Below, piece after piece: positions 1 through 10,154 of a stretch of 64,000 bases of DNA. The notes under the pieces are model-generated. The model made no database searches. It was not told the DNA's origin and was given only the letters and a program-made list of their open reading frames with translations. Where the stretch lies: positions 158,722,001-158,786,000 of the forward strand of contig NC_086097.1 of the NCBI RefSeq assembly GCF_963921235.1, in the 5' to 3' direction. Origin of the DNA: Mobula hypostoma. Its lineage: Eukaryota. A program made the translations under genes and the position numbers. The stretch's first letter is position 1, and each line of letters opens with the position of its first letter.

Positions 1-368
1 TCTCACTCTCCTTTTTCTCCCTCTGTCCCTCTGAATATACCTCTTGCCCATCCTCTGGGTCACCCCCCCCCGTCTTTCTTCCCGGACCTCCTGTCCCATG
101 ATCCTCTCGTATCCCCTTTTGCCTATCACCTGTCCAGCTCTCGGCTCTATCCCTCCCCCTCCTGTCTTCTCCTATCATTTTGCATCTCCCCCTCCCCCTC
201 CCACTTTCAAATCCCTTACTCACTCTTCCTTCAGTTAGTCCTGACGAAGGGTCTCGGCCTGAAATGTCGACTGCGCCTCTTCCTATAGATGCTGCTTGGC
301 CTGCTGCGTTCACCAGCAACTTTGGTGTGTGTTGCTTGAATTTCCAGCATCTGCAGAATTCCTGTTGT
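1..368 (+). mobile_element. Penelope-like element (PLE) 3' end / pseudo-LTR fragment, truncated by the window start
   Basis: Pyrimidine-rich tract, hammerhead motif, then the tail GATGCTGC..TGCTGCGTTCACCAGCAAC..CCAGCATCTGCAG. Near-identical to 60272-60609, which is preceded by a PLE ORF C-terminus. Confidence 0.75.
237..272 (+). ncRNA. Minimal type-I hammerhead ribozyme (catalytic core intact)
   Basis: AGTC-CTGACGA-AGG-GTCTCGG-CCT-GAAA-T-GTC-GACT: helix I AGUC/GACU, core CUGANGA, helix II AGG/CCU, GAAA, GUC cleavage triplet. Confidence 0.7.
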
Positions 369-996
369 AACAGTTGTCTTAGATTGTCCAGATTTTTGCG
401 TGACCTCGGTAGCTCACAGTTTACACCCTTGTGGAGTTTTCTTTTGCACTCATTGAAATTGCAAGGTTATAAACAGCGTAGCAAGAGCAGTGGGATATCT
501 GGCAACTCTATAAAAAAGGGAGTACCAATGGGATTTAAGGATTATGAAAGGAACAATAATTAAAGTGTGAATTGGATTCAATTCAGAAAGAAAACAAGTA
601 CATAGACTCTGAAAGATTGGAGAGAGTAAAACAGGGAAAACAAGATTAAAGTGTGATGTTTTGAAGGATTTTATAAATAATTTGCTACAGGAAGAAATGG
701 GAGTGAACAGTTAATTTATTCCCCTTCTGTGCCAAAAAGGTTGATTGGAACCCCATTAACAATTAGCACAATGTTAAAAGGGTACTTGTATACTGAATTA
801 TCAGTCTTTAACTTTCTGCAGTAGATGTAATGGGCAACTAATTTGCACCTCTTGCTTGTTCTTGAAAATAACAAGGAGGCCAAGGGCAAGATAACATTTA
901 TGTGATGCAGATGGTGAGTAGTGCATTGCAACTAATAAATTTTGCAGTCAAAACTGACATCAAACCTCTTAATACCCAACTTCTCATTTTTTATTC

Positions 997-1100
997 CAGT
1001 CCTCACGAAGGGTCTCAGCCCAAAACGTCAACAGTTTACTCTTTTCCATAGATGCTGCTTGGCCTTCTGAGTTCCTCCAGCATTTTGGATTTGTTGCTTT
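997..1100 (+). repeat. PLE-derived 3' fragment with degenerate hammerhead
   Basis: CAGTCCTCACGAAGGGTCTCAGCCCAAAACGTCAACAG followed by the GATGCTGC..GAGTTCCTCCAGCA tail; core mutated (CTCACGA, AAAA). Confidence 0.7.
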
Positions 1101-1491
1101 TAAATACCCTGATCTTTTTGGCCATTTTGGGCATTAATAACTCATGCACAATTAACTATCAGCTAATTCTCGAACAACATTGGGGCTATTAAATTTCTAC
1201 CCTGGATTTAGGCCAAGGTTTTAAATTATATATGTTTGATCTCAGGTGATGATGGGATTAGCTGTACTCAATAGGTCGGAATAGAAAAGTGTTATTGTCA
1301 GTAAGACTTTTACCTTACTCAATAACACAAATAAGCAAAAGTTAATGACATAGTTTTCAACACACCTTAGATATCTAAGACGTTTATTTCATTTTATTAT
1401 TGAGGTACAGCATGGAATAGGCCCTTCGCAATCCCCCAATCTAATCACGGCACAGTTTACAATGACCAATCAACCTACCAATCTTCACCTA

Positions 1492-1724
1492 TATGGTAAC
1501 TTCTACTTTGAAAAGGCACACTTGACAACTTCATGCCAAAGAAACAACTTTTATCTCGAACTTCAAAAAGTTACCTATATACAGAGGGTTTCACAACCCG
1601 TATGGCATGGCAGGAACACTATGTACACGAGGGCCACCGGAAGAACAACAAACGGAAGTAGACCCCTGCCCCCCCATATCCTAATCAGTATTAACTTACT
1701 TTTAATTACGCTCACATTACAACA
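1492..1724 (-). repeat. 3' LTR of Gypsy element
   Basis: Direct repeat of 5246-5477 with ~15 differences by eye; minus strand TGTTGTAA..GTTACCATA; preceded by the PPT. Confidence 0.95.
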
Positions 1725-1737
1725 CTTCTCTCCCTTT
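1725..1737 (-). other. Polypurine tract (AAAGGGAGAGAAG)
   Basis: Purine run abutting the TG start of the 3' LTR on the minus strand. Confidence 0.85.
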
Positions 1738-1921
1738 AAAATCCAATATCCCCAAATGTAAAAAAACTAGGAAATAAAAAAACAGTGGTGTTATTAACTA
1801 GCGTACCCCTGAAAACTTATACTAGTACCTTAGCAACAGTTTACCAATACAAAACATTTGGAAAACGTGACAGATTCAACATTCAATCTAACAACACCAA
1901 ATAAACTGTTCCATCAAAGAT

Positions 1922-4900
1922 TCAGTCTGTTAGGAGGATACGAGTGCACTGTGATCTGCGCACTACCCCCGGTGACCCAGCAGGCACCGCTGGTAAGGGT
2001 GTTTTGGGTGGATCTGGTTTTGGGGGCATGAGAGGGGTCTGTGTGTCAGCATGAGAATGTCCATCCTCTTCAGGGGACTCCGACCCCTCAGCCAGTGTCT
2101 CACCCTCTGGAAAAGTCACTGGTGGATAGGCTTCCACCGTAGTCTGACTCACAAATGGAAACTCCATGGAACTGTCTGTCTCTGAGCCAGTATCATGACG
2201 CAGGCGCACATGGTCCTGATGTCTGCAGAAAACACGCCCATCAGTCAGCTGAACAACATAGGAGACAGGACCACTCTGCTTAAGAATAACCCCAGGCAAC
2301 CATTGCTGATTGTTTCTCACATAGACATTGTCAACCGGTTTTAACTGCCTCTCTCGCGCATGTTGATCATGTCCCTCCTTCTGCTTTTCCTGCTTTCTGT
2401 CCGCTTTCGCCTTCATGTCCGGGCGCAGCAGGTCCAATCTTGACTTGGGCCCACGCCCCATCAGCATCTTTACTGGAGTGCAGGCAGTCGTAGTCTGTGG
2501 CGCGAGGCGGTATTTAAACAGGAAACGTGAAAGCGGCATGTTAAGGGAATCCCCTGTCATCCGCTTCAGGCCTTCCTTCACTGTCTGAACAGCCCGCTCA
2601 GCCAAACCATTTGAGGCTGGGCGGAAAGGGGCCGTCTGAATGTGACGAATGCCATTCTGCTGCATGAACTCAATGAACAGTTCACTAGTGAATGTCGGGC
2701 CATTATCAGTGACCAGAGTGTCAGGTAGCCTGTGAACGGCAAACACTTGCCTGAGTTTGTCTATGGTTGAGGGGGCTGTGATGTTGCTCATGATGTGAGC
2801 TTCAATCCACTTAGAATGCACATCTACCATGACAAGAAACATCTGCCCCATAAAAGGGCCAGCAAAGTCCAAATGTAGCCTAGACCAGGGGTGGTCTGGC
2901 CACTCCCATGGGTGTAAAGGAGCTGGTGGTGGCATATTCTGATTAGTCTGACATTGCGTGCATGATTTTACCTTGTTCTCCAGATCCTGATCAATTCCTG
3001 GCCACCAAACATAGGATCTTGCAAGGCTTTTCATTCGAGACACTCCTGGGTGAGCCTCATGAATTTCCTCCACAATCTGTGAATGGCCAGGGGGAGGCAC
3101 AATGACCCTCGCCCCCCAGAAAATGCAGCCATCCTGCAGACTGAGTCCTGTCTTGCATTTAGTATAAGGCCTCAGTTCCTCTCTTTCCACGACTCTGGGC
3201 CAACCTTGTAAAAGAAAAGTATCTTTTTCTTTTCTTGCTGGCAGTTTGATGTTCATTTTTAGAAGCTTTTTGTATGACGCATGACTCTGGGGTTGTACAC
3301 CTAATGGGCTCTTTTTTTCTCACTTTTCTGCTTAGTTTTTTTTTATTATCACAAAATTTTTTTCAATCTTTAAGATACTGTTTTTTTTGAGACATTGTAA
3401 GTGTTGTTACTTCAATGTACTCATGTTATTTTTCCTGTATAATATAACAATAAAAAGATTTGAAAAGAAAGAAAGAAAAGTCTTGACTTGGGACAGGACT
3501 GGGTCCCTCTCTGTCCACTGCTTGATCTGGGTCGCCTTTACAGGTGTCTCTGACAACCTGTCCAATGTAAACACAGTCTCTGGAGGCACATGTGTAGTAA
3601 CAGGTGTCTCAGGTAAAGGTAGTCGACTCAGTGCATCAGCATTGGCATTATTCCCCACCCGCTCTGTACACTATAGTGTACTGGTAGCTGACAAGGTAAG
3701 AGCCCAATGCTGTATCCTGGCTGAGGCTAGTGGTGGGATGCCTCTAGTCTCACTGAACAGGCTCATCAGTGGTTTGTGGTCCGTATAAATTGTAAATGTG
3801 CGTCCATAAAGGTACTGATGGAAGCGTTTGACTGCAAAAACAATGGCCAGACCTTCTTTGTCTAGCTGTGAATATCCCTTCTCTGCAGCTGTCATGGTAC
3901 GGGAAGCAAAACCAATAGGCCTCTCTGAACGGTCCTCCATTACATGCGAGAGAACTGCGCCAACTCCATAGGGTGAGGCATCGCATGCCAGGGTGATCTC
4001 CTTGTCTGGGTCATAGTGAACAAGCAGCTTAGCTGAGTGGAGGAGTTCTTTCACTTCCTTGAAAGCTTTCTCCTGCTCTTCACCCCACTGCCACTTAGTG
4101 TCATTGTGAAGCAGCTTATACAGTGGGGTCAAAACCCTTGAGAGGTCAGAAAGAAACTTGCCATAATAGTTCACCATGCCCAAAAATGATCTGAGTTCCA
4201 TGACGGTCTTAGAGCTTGGCACTTTCTTAGTAGCTCTCACTTTGTCCTCCACAGGGCAAAGCCCCTCAGCTGTGATCTTGTGTCCCAGGTAAGTCACACT
4301 CGATGCTAGGAACACACATTTTCCACGTTTCAACCGCAGCCCTGCATCTGAGAGCCTCTTCAGCACCTGTTCTAAGTTAGCCAGATGTTCCGCCTCCATA
4401 GCCCCCGTGATCAAAATATCTTCAAGGTACACTGCTACGTGCGGAATCCCCTGCAGTGAAGTGTCCATTGTCCTTTGGAAAATGGCAGGGCTGGAAGCCA
4501 AGCCAAACACCAGTCGATTGTACTTGAATAATCCCTTGTGCGTAGTAATTGTGACATACTCCTTGGAATCCTCATCGAGTAGCAGCTGTTGGTAGGTGTG
4601 GCTCATGTCCAGCTTTGTGAACAGCTTACCCCCCTGACAGGGTCGTAAACAGGTCATCCACCTGTGGCAATGTGTACTCCTCTAGCCTAGAGACCTGATT
4701 CACTGTAAGCTTATAATCCCCACATATCCTCACCGTTTTTTCTCCTTCAAAACTGGAACAATGGGAGCCGCCCAGCTTGAAAACTGGACGGGCTCAATAA
4801 TACCCTGCCTCTATAAACATTCTAGCTCCTCCTTGACTTTGCCTTTCATGGCATAGGGCACCGACTTGGACTCAAAAAAACGTGTACATACTTAATTTCA

Positions 4901-5218
4901 TGCCGGTTTAGCCGGATTTTGCGAAGCCAATCGCGACCCAAAAGACTGAGCCCCCTGCCCCTTAGCTATCACTAGCCTGGCTTCAGCCTTCTGACCACCG
5001 GCTGAAATGTCCACATATAACACCCCTAAATGAGGTATGGGCTGCCCCGTATAGGTCCTAAGTTTGAGCTTTGATGGTCTAATGGGAGGCAGGTTGGACC
5101 CCCATGTCCTCCTGTAGGTCTCCTCACTAATGACCAATGCAGTAGCCCCTGAATCAATCTCAAACGTAATGTCCTTTCCCCTGACGGTGACTGTGGCATA
5201 ATATGGTTCAGGTGGTTC
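1922..5218 (-). pseudogene. pol: Gypsy pol (protease, RT, RNase H, integrase), frameshifted and interrupted
   Basis: Protease FEIDSGA (~5140-5165); RT VAVYLEDILIT (YLDD mutated); RNase H CDASPYGVGAVL and TDHKPL (ORF 3671-4657); integrase HHCC, HLDFAGP, VTDNG, SNGLAERAV (ORF 1922-3256). Confidence 0.93.
3221..3471 (+). mobile_element. 5'-truncated non-LTR retrotransposon 3' end (L1-like) inserted in Gypsy pol
   Basis: T-rich body, AATAAA and (GAAA)n tail, flanked by a 10-bp TSD AAAGAAAAGT (3211-3220, 3472-3481). Removing it restores VKTFLLQG in pol. Confidence 0.8.
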
Positions 5219-5221
5219 CTC

Positions 5222-5239
5222 ATCCCATCCTCGTCACCA
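5222..5239 (-). other. Primer-binding site, tRNA-Ser(GCU) type
   Basis: Plus strand ATCCCATCCTCGTCACCA versus the recalled vertebrate tRNA-Ser(GCU) 3' end ATCCCATCCTCGTCGCCA (17/18); lies 6 nt from the 5' LTR. Confidence 0.8.
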
Positions 5240-5245
5240 AAAATA

Positions 5246-5477
5246 TGTGGTAACTTCTACTTTGAAAAGGCACACTCGACAACTTCATGCCAAAGAAACA
5301 ACTTTTATCTCGAACTTCAAAATGTTATGTATATACAGAGGGTTTCACAACCCGTATGGCATGGCGGGAACACTATGTACACGAGGGCCACCGGATGAAC
5401 AACAAACGAAAGTAGACCCCCCCCCCCGATATCTTAATTAGTATTAACTTATTTTTAATTACGCTCATATTACAACA
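5246..5477 (-). repeat. 5' LTR of Gypsy element
   Basis: TG...CA termini; direct repeat of 1492-1724. Confidence 0.95.
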
Positions 5478-5999
5478 ACCTACATCTTTGGACTGTTTGA
5501 AGAAACTGAAAGTATTGGAGGAAACCTGCGCAGTCACAGGGAGAACATACAAACTCCTTACAGATCGTGGCGCGAAATGAACCCAGGTTGCTGGTACTGT
5601 AAAGCATTGTGCTAACAACTATGCTGCCATGCCACCTCAAACACATAATGTTGCTGAATTTTAATTTGGATCAACAGAGGAATGGGCATTTATTATTTTG
5701 CACTAAACAGGCAATAATGCAATGCTGTGTTTTGAAACAATAAAATTGTTTAATTGGAAGGAAATTGAAATAAGAAAATTACTCAAGCAGTTTTCTCGTT
5801 TGGAAGTAAAGCATTAACATTGTTATAGTTATTTCAAAGTACTTCCTTCCCCCCAGTTTTCTCTTCCCACATTTGAAATCTACATCCCGCATGCAGAGGT
5901 GTTAGGTGATGATGATGAAATGACAAATGAGCAACATTTTTTTGTCACTGAGTTACTTTTTATTATAGGTTTTGCTCCTGTATTCTGAAACATTTGAGA

Positions 6000-6724
6000 G
6001 AAGCTTGGGAGTGTTTGTGCATGAATCAGAAAAGGTTGGCTTGCAGGTGCAGCAGGCTATCAAAAAGGCAAATGGAATGTTGGCCTCCATTGCTAGAGGG
6101 ATTAAATTTAAGAGCAGGGAGGTTATGCTGCAACCGTACAGGGTATAGGTGAGGCCGCATCTGGAGAACTGCGTGCAGTTCTGGTCTCCTTACTTGAGGA
6201 AGGATATACTGGCTTTGCAGGCAGTACAGAGGAGGCTCACCAGGTTGATTCCAGAGATGAGGGGGTTAGATTATGAGGAGAGATTGAGTCGCCTGGGACT
6301 GTACTCGCTGGAATTCAGAAGAATGAGAGGAATTCTTATAGAACTTATATAATTATGAAAGGGATAGATAAGATCGAGGCAGGAAAGTTGTTTCCTCCGA
6401 TAGGTGAGACTAGAACTAGGTGACATAGCCTCAAGATTTGGCAGAGTAGAACAGAGATTAGGATGGAGATGAGGAGGAGTTGCATTTCCCAGAGAGAGGT
6501 GAATCTGTGGAATTCTCTGCCCAATGAAGCAGTGGAGGCTACCTCAGTAAATATATTTAAGACAATGTTGGATAGATTTTTGCATAGTAGGGGAATTAAG
6601 GGTTAGGGGAAAAGGCAGGTAGGTGGAGATGACTCCATGGCCAGATCAGCCATGATCTTATTGAATGGCGGAGCAGGCTCAACGGGCTCGGTGGCCTACT
6701 CCTGCTCCTGTTTCTTTTGTTCTA
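6000..6724 (+). mobile_element. CR1/L3 LINE 3' fragment
   Basis: RPHLENCVQFWSP..LGLYSLEFRRMRG motif and CR1 3' UTR ending TGGCCTACTCCTGCTCCT. Confidence 0.9.
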
Positions 6725-7294
6725 ACATTTGATTTTAACGTCACTGTACTGATTTTTATCTGGAGGTGAAAGCTGTTCCCTTACTTTCCACAACTACACT
6801 ATGTGACTTAATCTCTGCCATTTGAATCAAGTCCACAGATTGGAAACAGAAAGGTGTTTGAATTGCTGGTGATTCCACATTCCTTTTAGTCATCCTCCAC
6901 AGCTTTAAAAGGTGGTGGTATATTACTAGTCTATAGTTAAGCTACAAACTGTTACATGCACAGTTGCTAAAAGCATAAGTAATTGAGAACAAAATATTGA
7001 CAGAAAGACTTACATTTATGCCATGCTTCGCCTGCGGTTTAGTATCTTGAGAGCTGATGTAGAACTGCACTAAAATCTGACAACGTAATCAAAAGCAAGA
7101 TATTGTAGATGCTGGAGATCGGAAATTAAAACTGAATGTGCCAGAAATGGTCAGCAAATCAGGCACCCTCTGTGGAGAGGGCGTTCTTTAGTTTGTTCTG
7201 TTTTATATTGAATGATATTAGATGGTTCACCGTAGGATTGCAGTGTAACACAAAGGGACTGCAGTTATGGTGTAACACACACAGTAGAATTACA

Positions 7295-7597
7295 GTTAGC
7301 TTTGCTGAGCTGAAGTGCAACCAGGACCAAGCATGTCAGGTATTTAAATGAAACATTTTACTCCTTTTAGACAGCCCACATCTGTTACATTATACTTGCT
7401 GGAAAAATTGTTGGATTGTCTAAAAGGAGTAAAATGTTTCATTTAAACACAAGCCTCTTCTGGTAAAATTAATGATACAACTTAATCTATGAAAAGGGGC
7501 CAGCTCGCAAAACACCATCAGCAACCCACAGCATGGCCTCATATTCAGATACCTGACATGCTTGGTCCTGGTTGTACTTCAGCTCAGCAAAGCTAAC
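7295..7597. repeat. Nested inverted repeat (49-bp outer and 31-bp inner arms)
   Basis: 7295-7343 is the reverse complement of 7549-7597 (1 mismatch); 7343-7373 is the perfect reverse complement of 7417-7447. Confidence 0.9.
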
Positions 7598-7608
7598 ATT
7601 CAAGATCT

Positions 7609-7743
7609 GTAAAGTAAAGTAAAGTAAAGGCATGCGAGACCATGGATCTGTGCCTGGAAAGTCTTCACTCTCCAGGGCGCAGGCCTGGGTAAGGTTGTAT
7701 GGAAGACCAGCAGATGCCCATGCTGCAAGTCTCCCCTCTCCAC
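7609..7743 (-). repeat. 3' end of an RTE-type non-autonomous retroposon with (CTTTA)n tail
   Basis: Reverse-complement similarity to 57267-57370; GTAAA tandem at 7609-7628. Confidence 0.65.
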
Positions 7744-8564
7744 TGTAGGTGAGTGTAATTTAGCTGAACAATGGCATCTGCAGTATATCACTCCCTTACT
7801 TTATATTTTTCTGCTGAGGTATCTAGGAATTAAGCCCTTAGTCTTCTGCCTAAGAATTATAGTTGAGACAACCAAAGAATAGTGTCACAAAATAAAAGAC
7901 ATGGACAGTTAGTACTTAGAAGAGCATTGTTTAAGCTTGAATAAAGCTATTGATGCAAGGAAAACCTGAAAGATGCCTTTAACTGGTATTGGTTTATTAT
8001 TATCAAATGTACTAAGATACAGTGAAAAGCTTTTCTTACATACTTTTTATACAAATCAAATCATTACACAGTGAAACATAGAAACACAGAAACATAGAAA
8101 TCCTACAGCGCAATACAGGTCCTTCAGCCCACAAAGTTGTGCCGAACATCTCCCTACCTTAGAAATTACTAGGCTAACTCATAGCCCTCCAAAAGTCTCT
8201 TAGAAGACCCTATTGTATCCGCCTCCACCACTGTTGCCGGCAGCCCATTCCATGCAATCACCACTCTGTGAGTAAAAAAATTACCCCTGACATCTCCTCT
8301 GTACCCACTCCCCAGCACCTTAAACCTGTGTCCTCTTGTGGCAACCATTTCACCCAAGGGAAAAAGCCTCTGACTATCCACACGATCAATGCCTCTCATC
8401 ATCTTATACACCTCTATCAGGTCACCTCTCATTCTCCGTCACTCCAAGGAGAAAAGGCTGAGTTCACTCAACCTGTTTTCACAAGTCATGCTCTCCAATC
8501 CAGGCAACATCCTTGTAAGTCTCCTCTGCACCCTTTCTAAGGCTTCCACATCCTTCTTGTAGTG

Positions 8565-9782
8565 CAGGGGTCCCCAAGCTTTTTTGCACTGCGGACTGGT
8601 TTAATATTGACAATATTCTTGCGGACCGGCTGACCCGGGGGCGGGAGGGTAGGGTTGCCAACGGACAAGAGTAGCAGTCAGATATGTTGAGCTTACCCCA
8701 ATAAAGATTACAATGACCATGAGCCTTGCGCAGGCACCAGTGCGCATGTGTCTATGTGCCATTATTTTTTCTGCAAATCGTTTTTGGCGATTCTGTTCGG
8801 GGAGGGGGGTGGGGTGGTGTTAATCACGACCGGAATATAGGTGATAAGTGGCTAATACACTCAATTTTGTTTCTAAAAGGATTTATCTAACTAAATATTA
8901 AACACACAGCACATATTTTCCTCGCATGAATATAGTGATAAGTCAATTATCAGGGGAGGACAGGGGAGCTTGAAGTAAGTATTGAACGAACTTCCAGTAG
9001 AAGTGGCAGAGGCAGGTTCAACATTATCATTTAAAGAAAAATTGGAGCGGTATATGGACAGGAAAGGAAGAGAGGGTTGTGGGCTGACTGCAGGTCGGTG
9101 CGACCAGGTGAGAGTGGCATTCGGCACGGACTAGAAGGGCCGAGATGGCCTGTTTCCATGCTGTAATTGTTATAGGGTTATATAAGTAAGTCAATAGCAT
9201 CATAACATTTTAAGTAACGTTTGGATATTAAACACACAGCACATATTTTCCCCTTATGAACATATAAAATCATTGCAACACACCAATATCGCTGAATCAG
9301 TGGGAGCCCTGGGCTTGTTTCCCTGCAACAGGACGGTCCTATCTAGGGGTGATGGGAGACAGCGATACTCGAAGGGGTTCCTTGTGTCCGGTCTATTGCG
9401 CAATTTAGTTTTCGTTGCATTCATTGCAGAAAACTCCACTTTGCAGAAAAATGATGGAAATGGAAGCAACGTTTTCAGTGCTTTCATGGCTATCTCAGGA
9501 TATTTAGCCTTGACTTTGATCTAGAATGCCGGCAGAGATGTTATGTCAAACATACTTTTCAGCCCGCCGTCATTTGCAAGCTCGAGGAGTTGATCTTCCT
9601 GAGCTGACATAGATGATGCGTGGGTCATGACCTCGCGAGCGTTCAAGCTCAACAGTGGGTGTGACAGGGAATGAGGAAAGGTGCAGCTGACTCATCACCA
9701 AATCATATTGTTTCCTTGCGGCCTGGTAGCGCATGCTCTGTGGCCCGGTACTGGTCCACGGCCCAGTGGTTGGGGACCGCTG
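8565..9782 (-). mobile_element. Non-autonomous hAT (Charlie-type) DNA transposon
   Basis: TIRs CAGGGGTCCCCAA / TTGGGGACCGCTG; 8-bp TSD TTGTAGTG / CTGTAGTG; transposase C-terminal remnant ALKTLLPF..FSAMNATKTKLRNR (9254-9600). Confidence 0.9.
8980..9183 (+). mobile_element. CR1 3' end carried inside the hAT element
   Basis: GAACTTCCAGTAGAAGTGG..GGGCCGAGATGGCCTGTTTCCATGCTGTAA, typical CR1 3' UTR. Confidence 0.75.
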
Positions 9783-10068
9783 CTGTAGTGAGGCGACCAG
9801 AACTGAGCACAGTACTCCAAGTGGGGTCTGACCAGGGTCTAATATAGCTGCAACATTACCTCTCGGCTCCTAATTTCAATTCCACGATTGATGAAGGCCA
9901 ATACACCGTATGCCTGCTTAACCACAGAGTCAACCTGCGCAGCTGCTTTGAGCGTCCTATGGACTTGGATCCCAATAACCCTCTGATCCTCCACACTGCC
10001 AAGAGTCTTACGATTAATACTATATTCTGCCATCATATTTGACCTACCAAAATGAACCATTTCACACT

Positions 10069-10154
10069 GCCTGGCCTGCTGCATTCACCAGCAACTTTGA
10101 TGTGTGTTGCTTGAACTTCCAGCATCTGCAGAATTCCTGTTGTTTGTGTTTTTA
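10069..10154 (+). mobile_element. 86-bp PLE 3' tail insertion in CR1 RT
   Basis: Matches 293-368; flanked by a perfect 11-bp TSD CATTTCACACT (10058-10068, 10155-10165). Confidence 0.85.

Larger units (their letters stand above)
1492..5477 (-). mobile_element. Gypsy/Metaviridae LTR retrotransposon provirus, gag deleted, defective (Mag-like by inference)
   Basis: Two ~232-bp LTRs, 5-bp TSD ACCTA (1487-1491, 5478-5482), PBS, PPT, and domain order PR-RT-RH-IN. Confidence 0.95.
1383..5635 (-). mobile_element. tRNA-derived V-SINE/HE1-like SINE split by the Gypsy insertion (pieces ~1383-1491 and 5478-5635)
   Basis: Minus strand reads GGCATGGCAGCATAGTTGTTAGCAC..GGTTCA..GGAGTTTGTATGTTCTCCCTGTG; the 3' part with an AATAAA/AAAT tail resumes left of the provirus. 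Confidence 0.65.

Noticed and set aside
1922..3256. 444-aa ORF as a domesticated or intact integrase gene
   Set aside because: Its start codon comes from the antisense strand of the nested LINE tail; it lies in a frameshifted provirus with a mutated RT active site.
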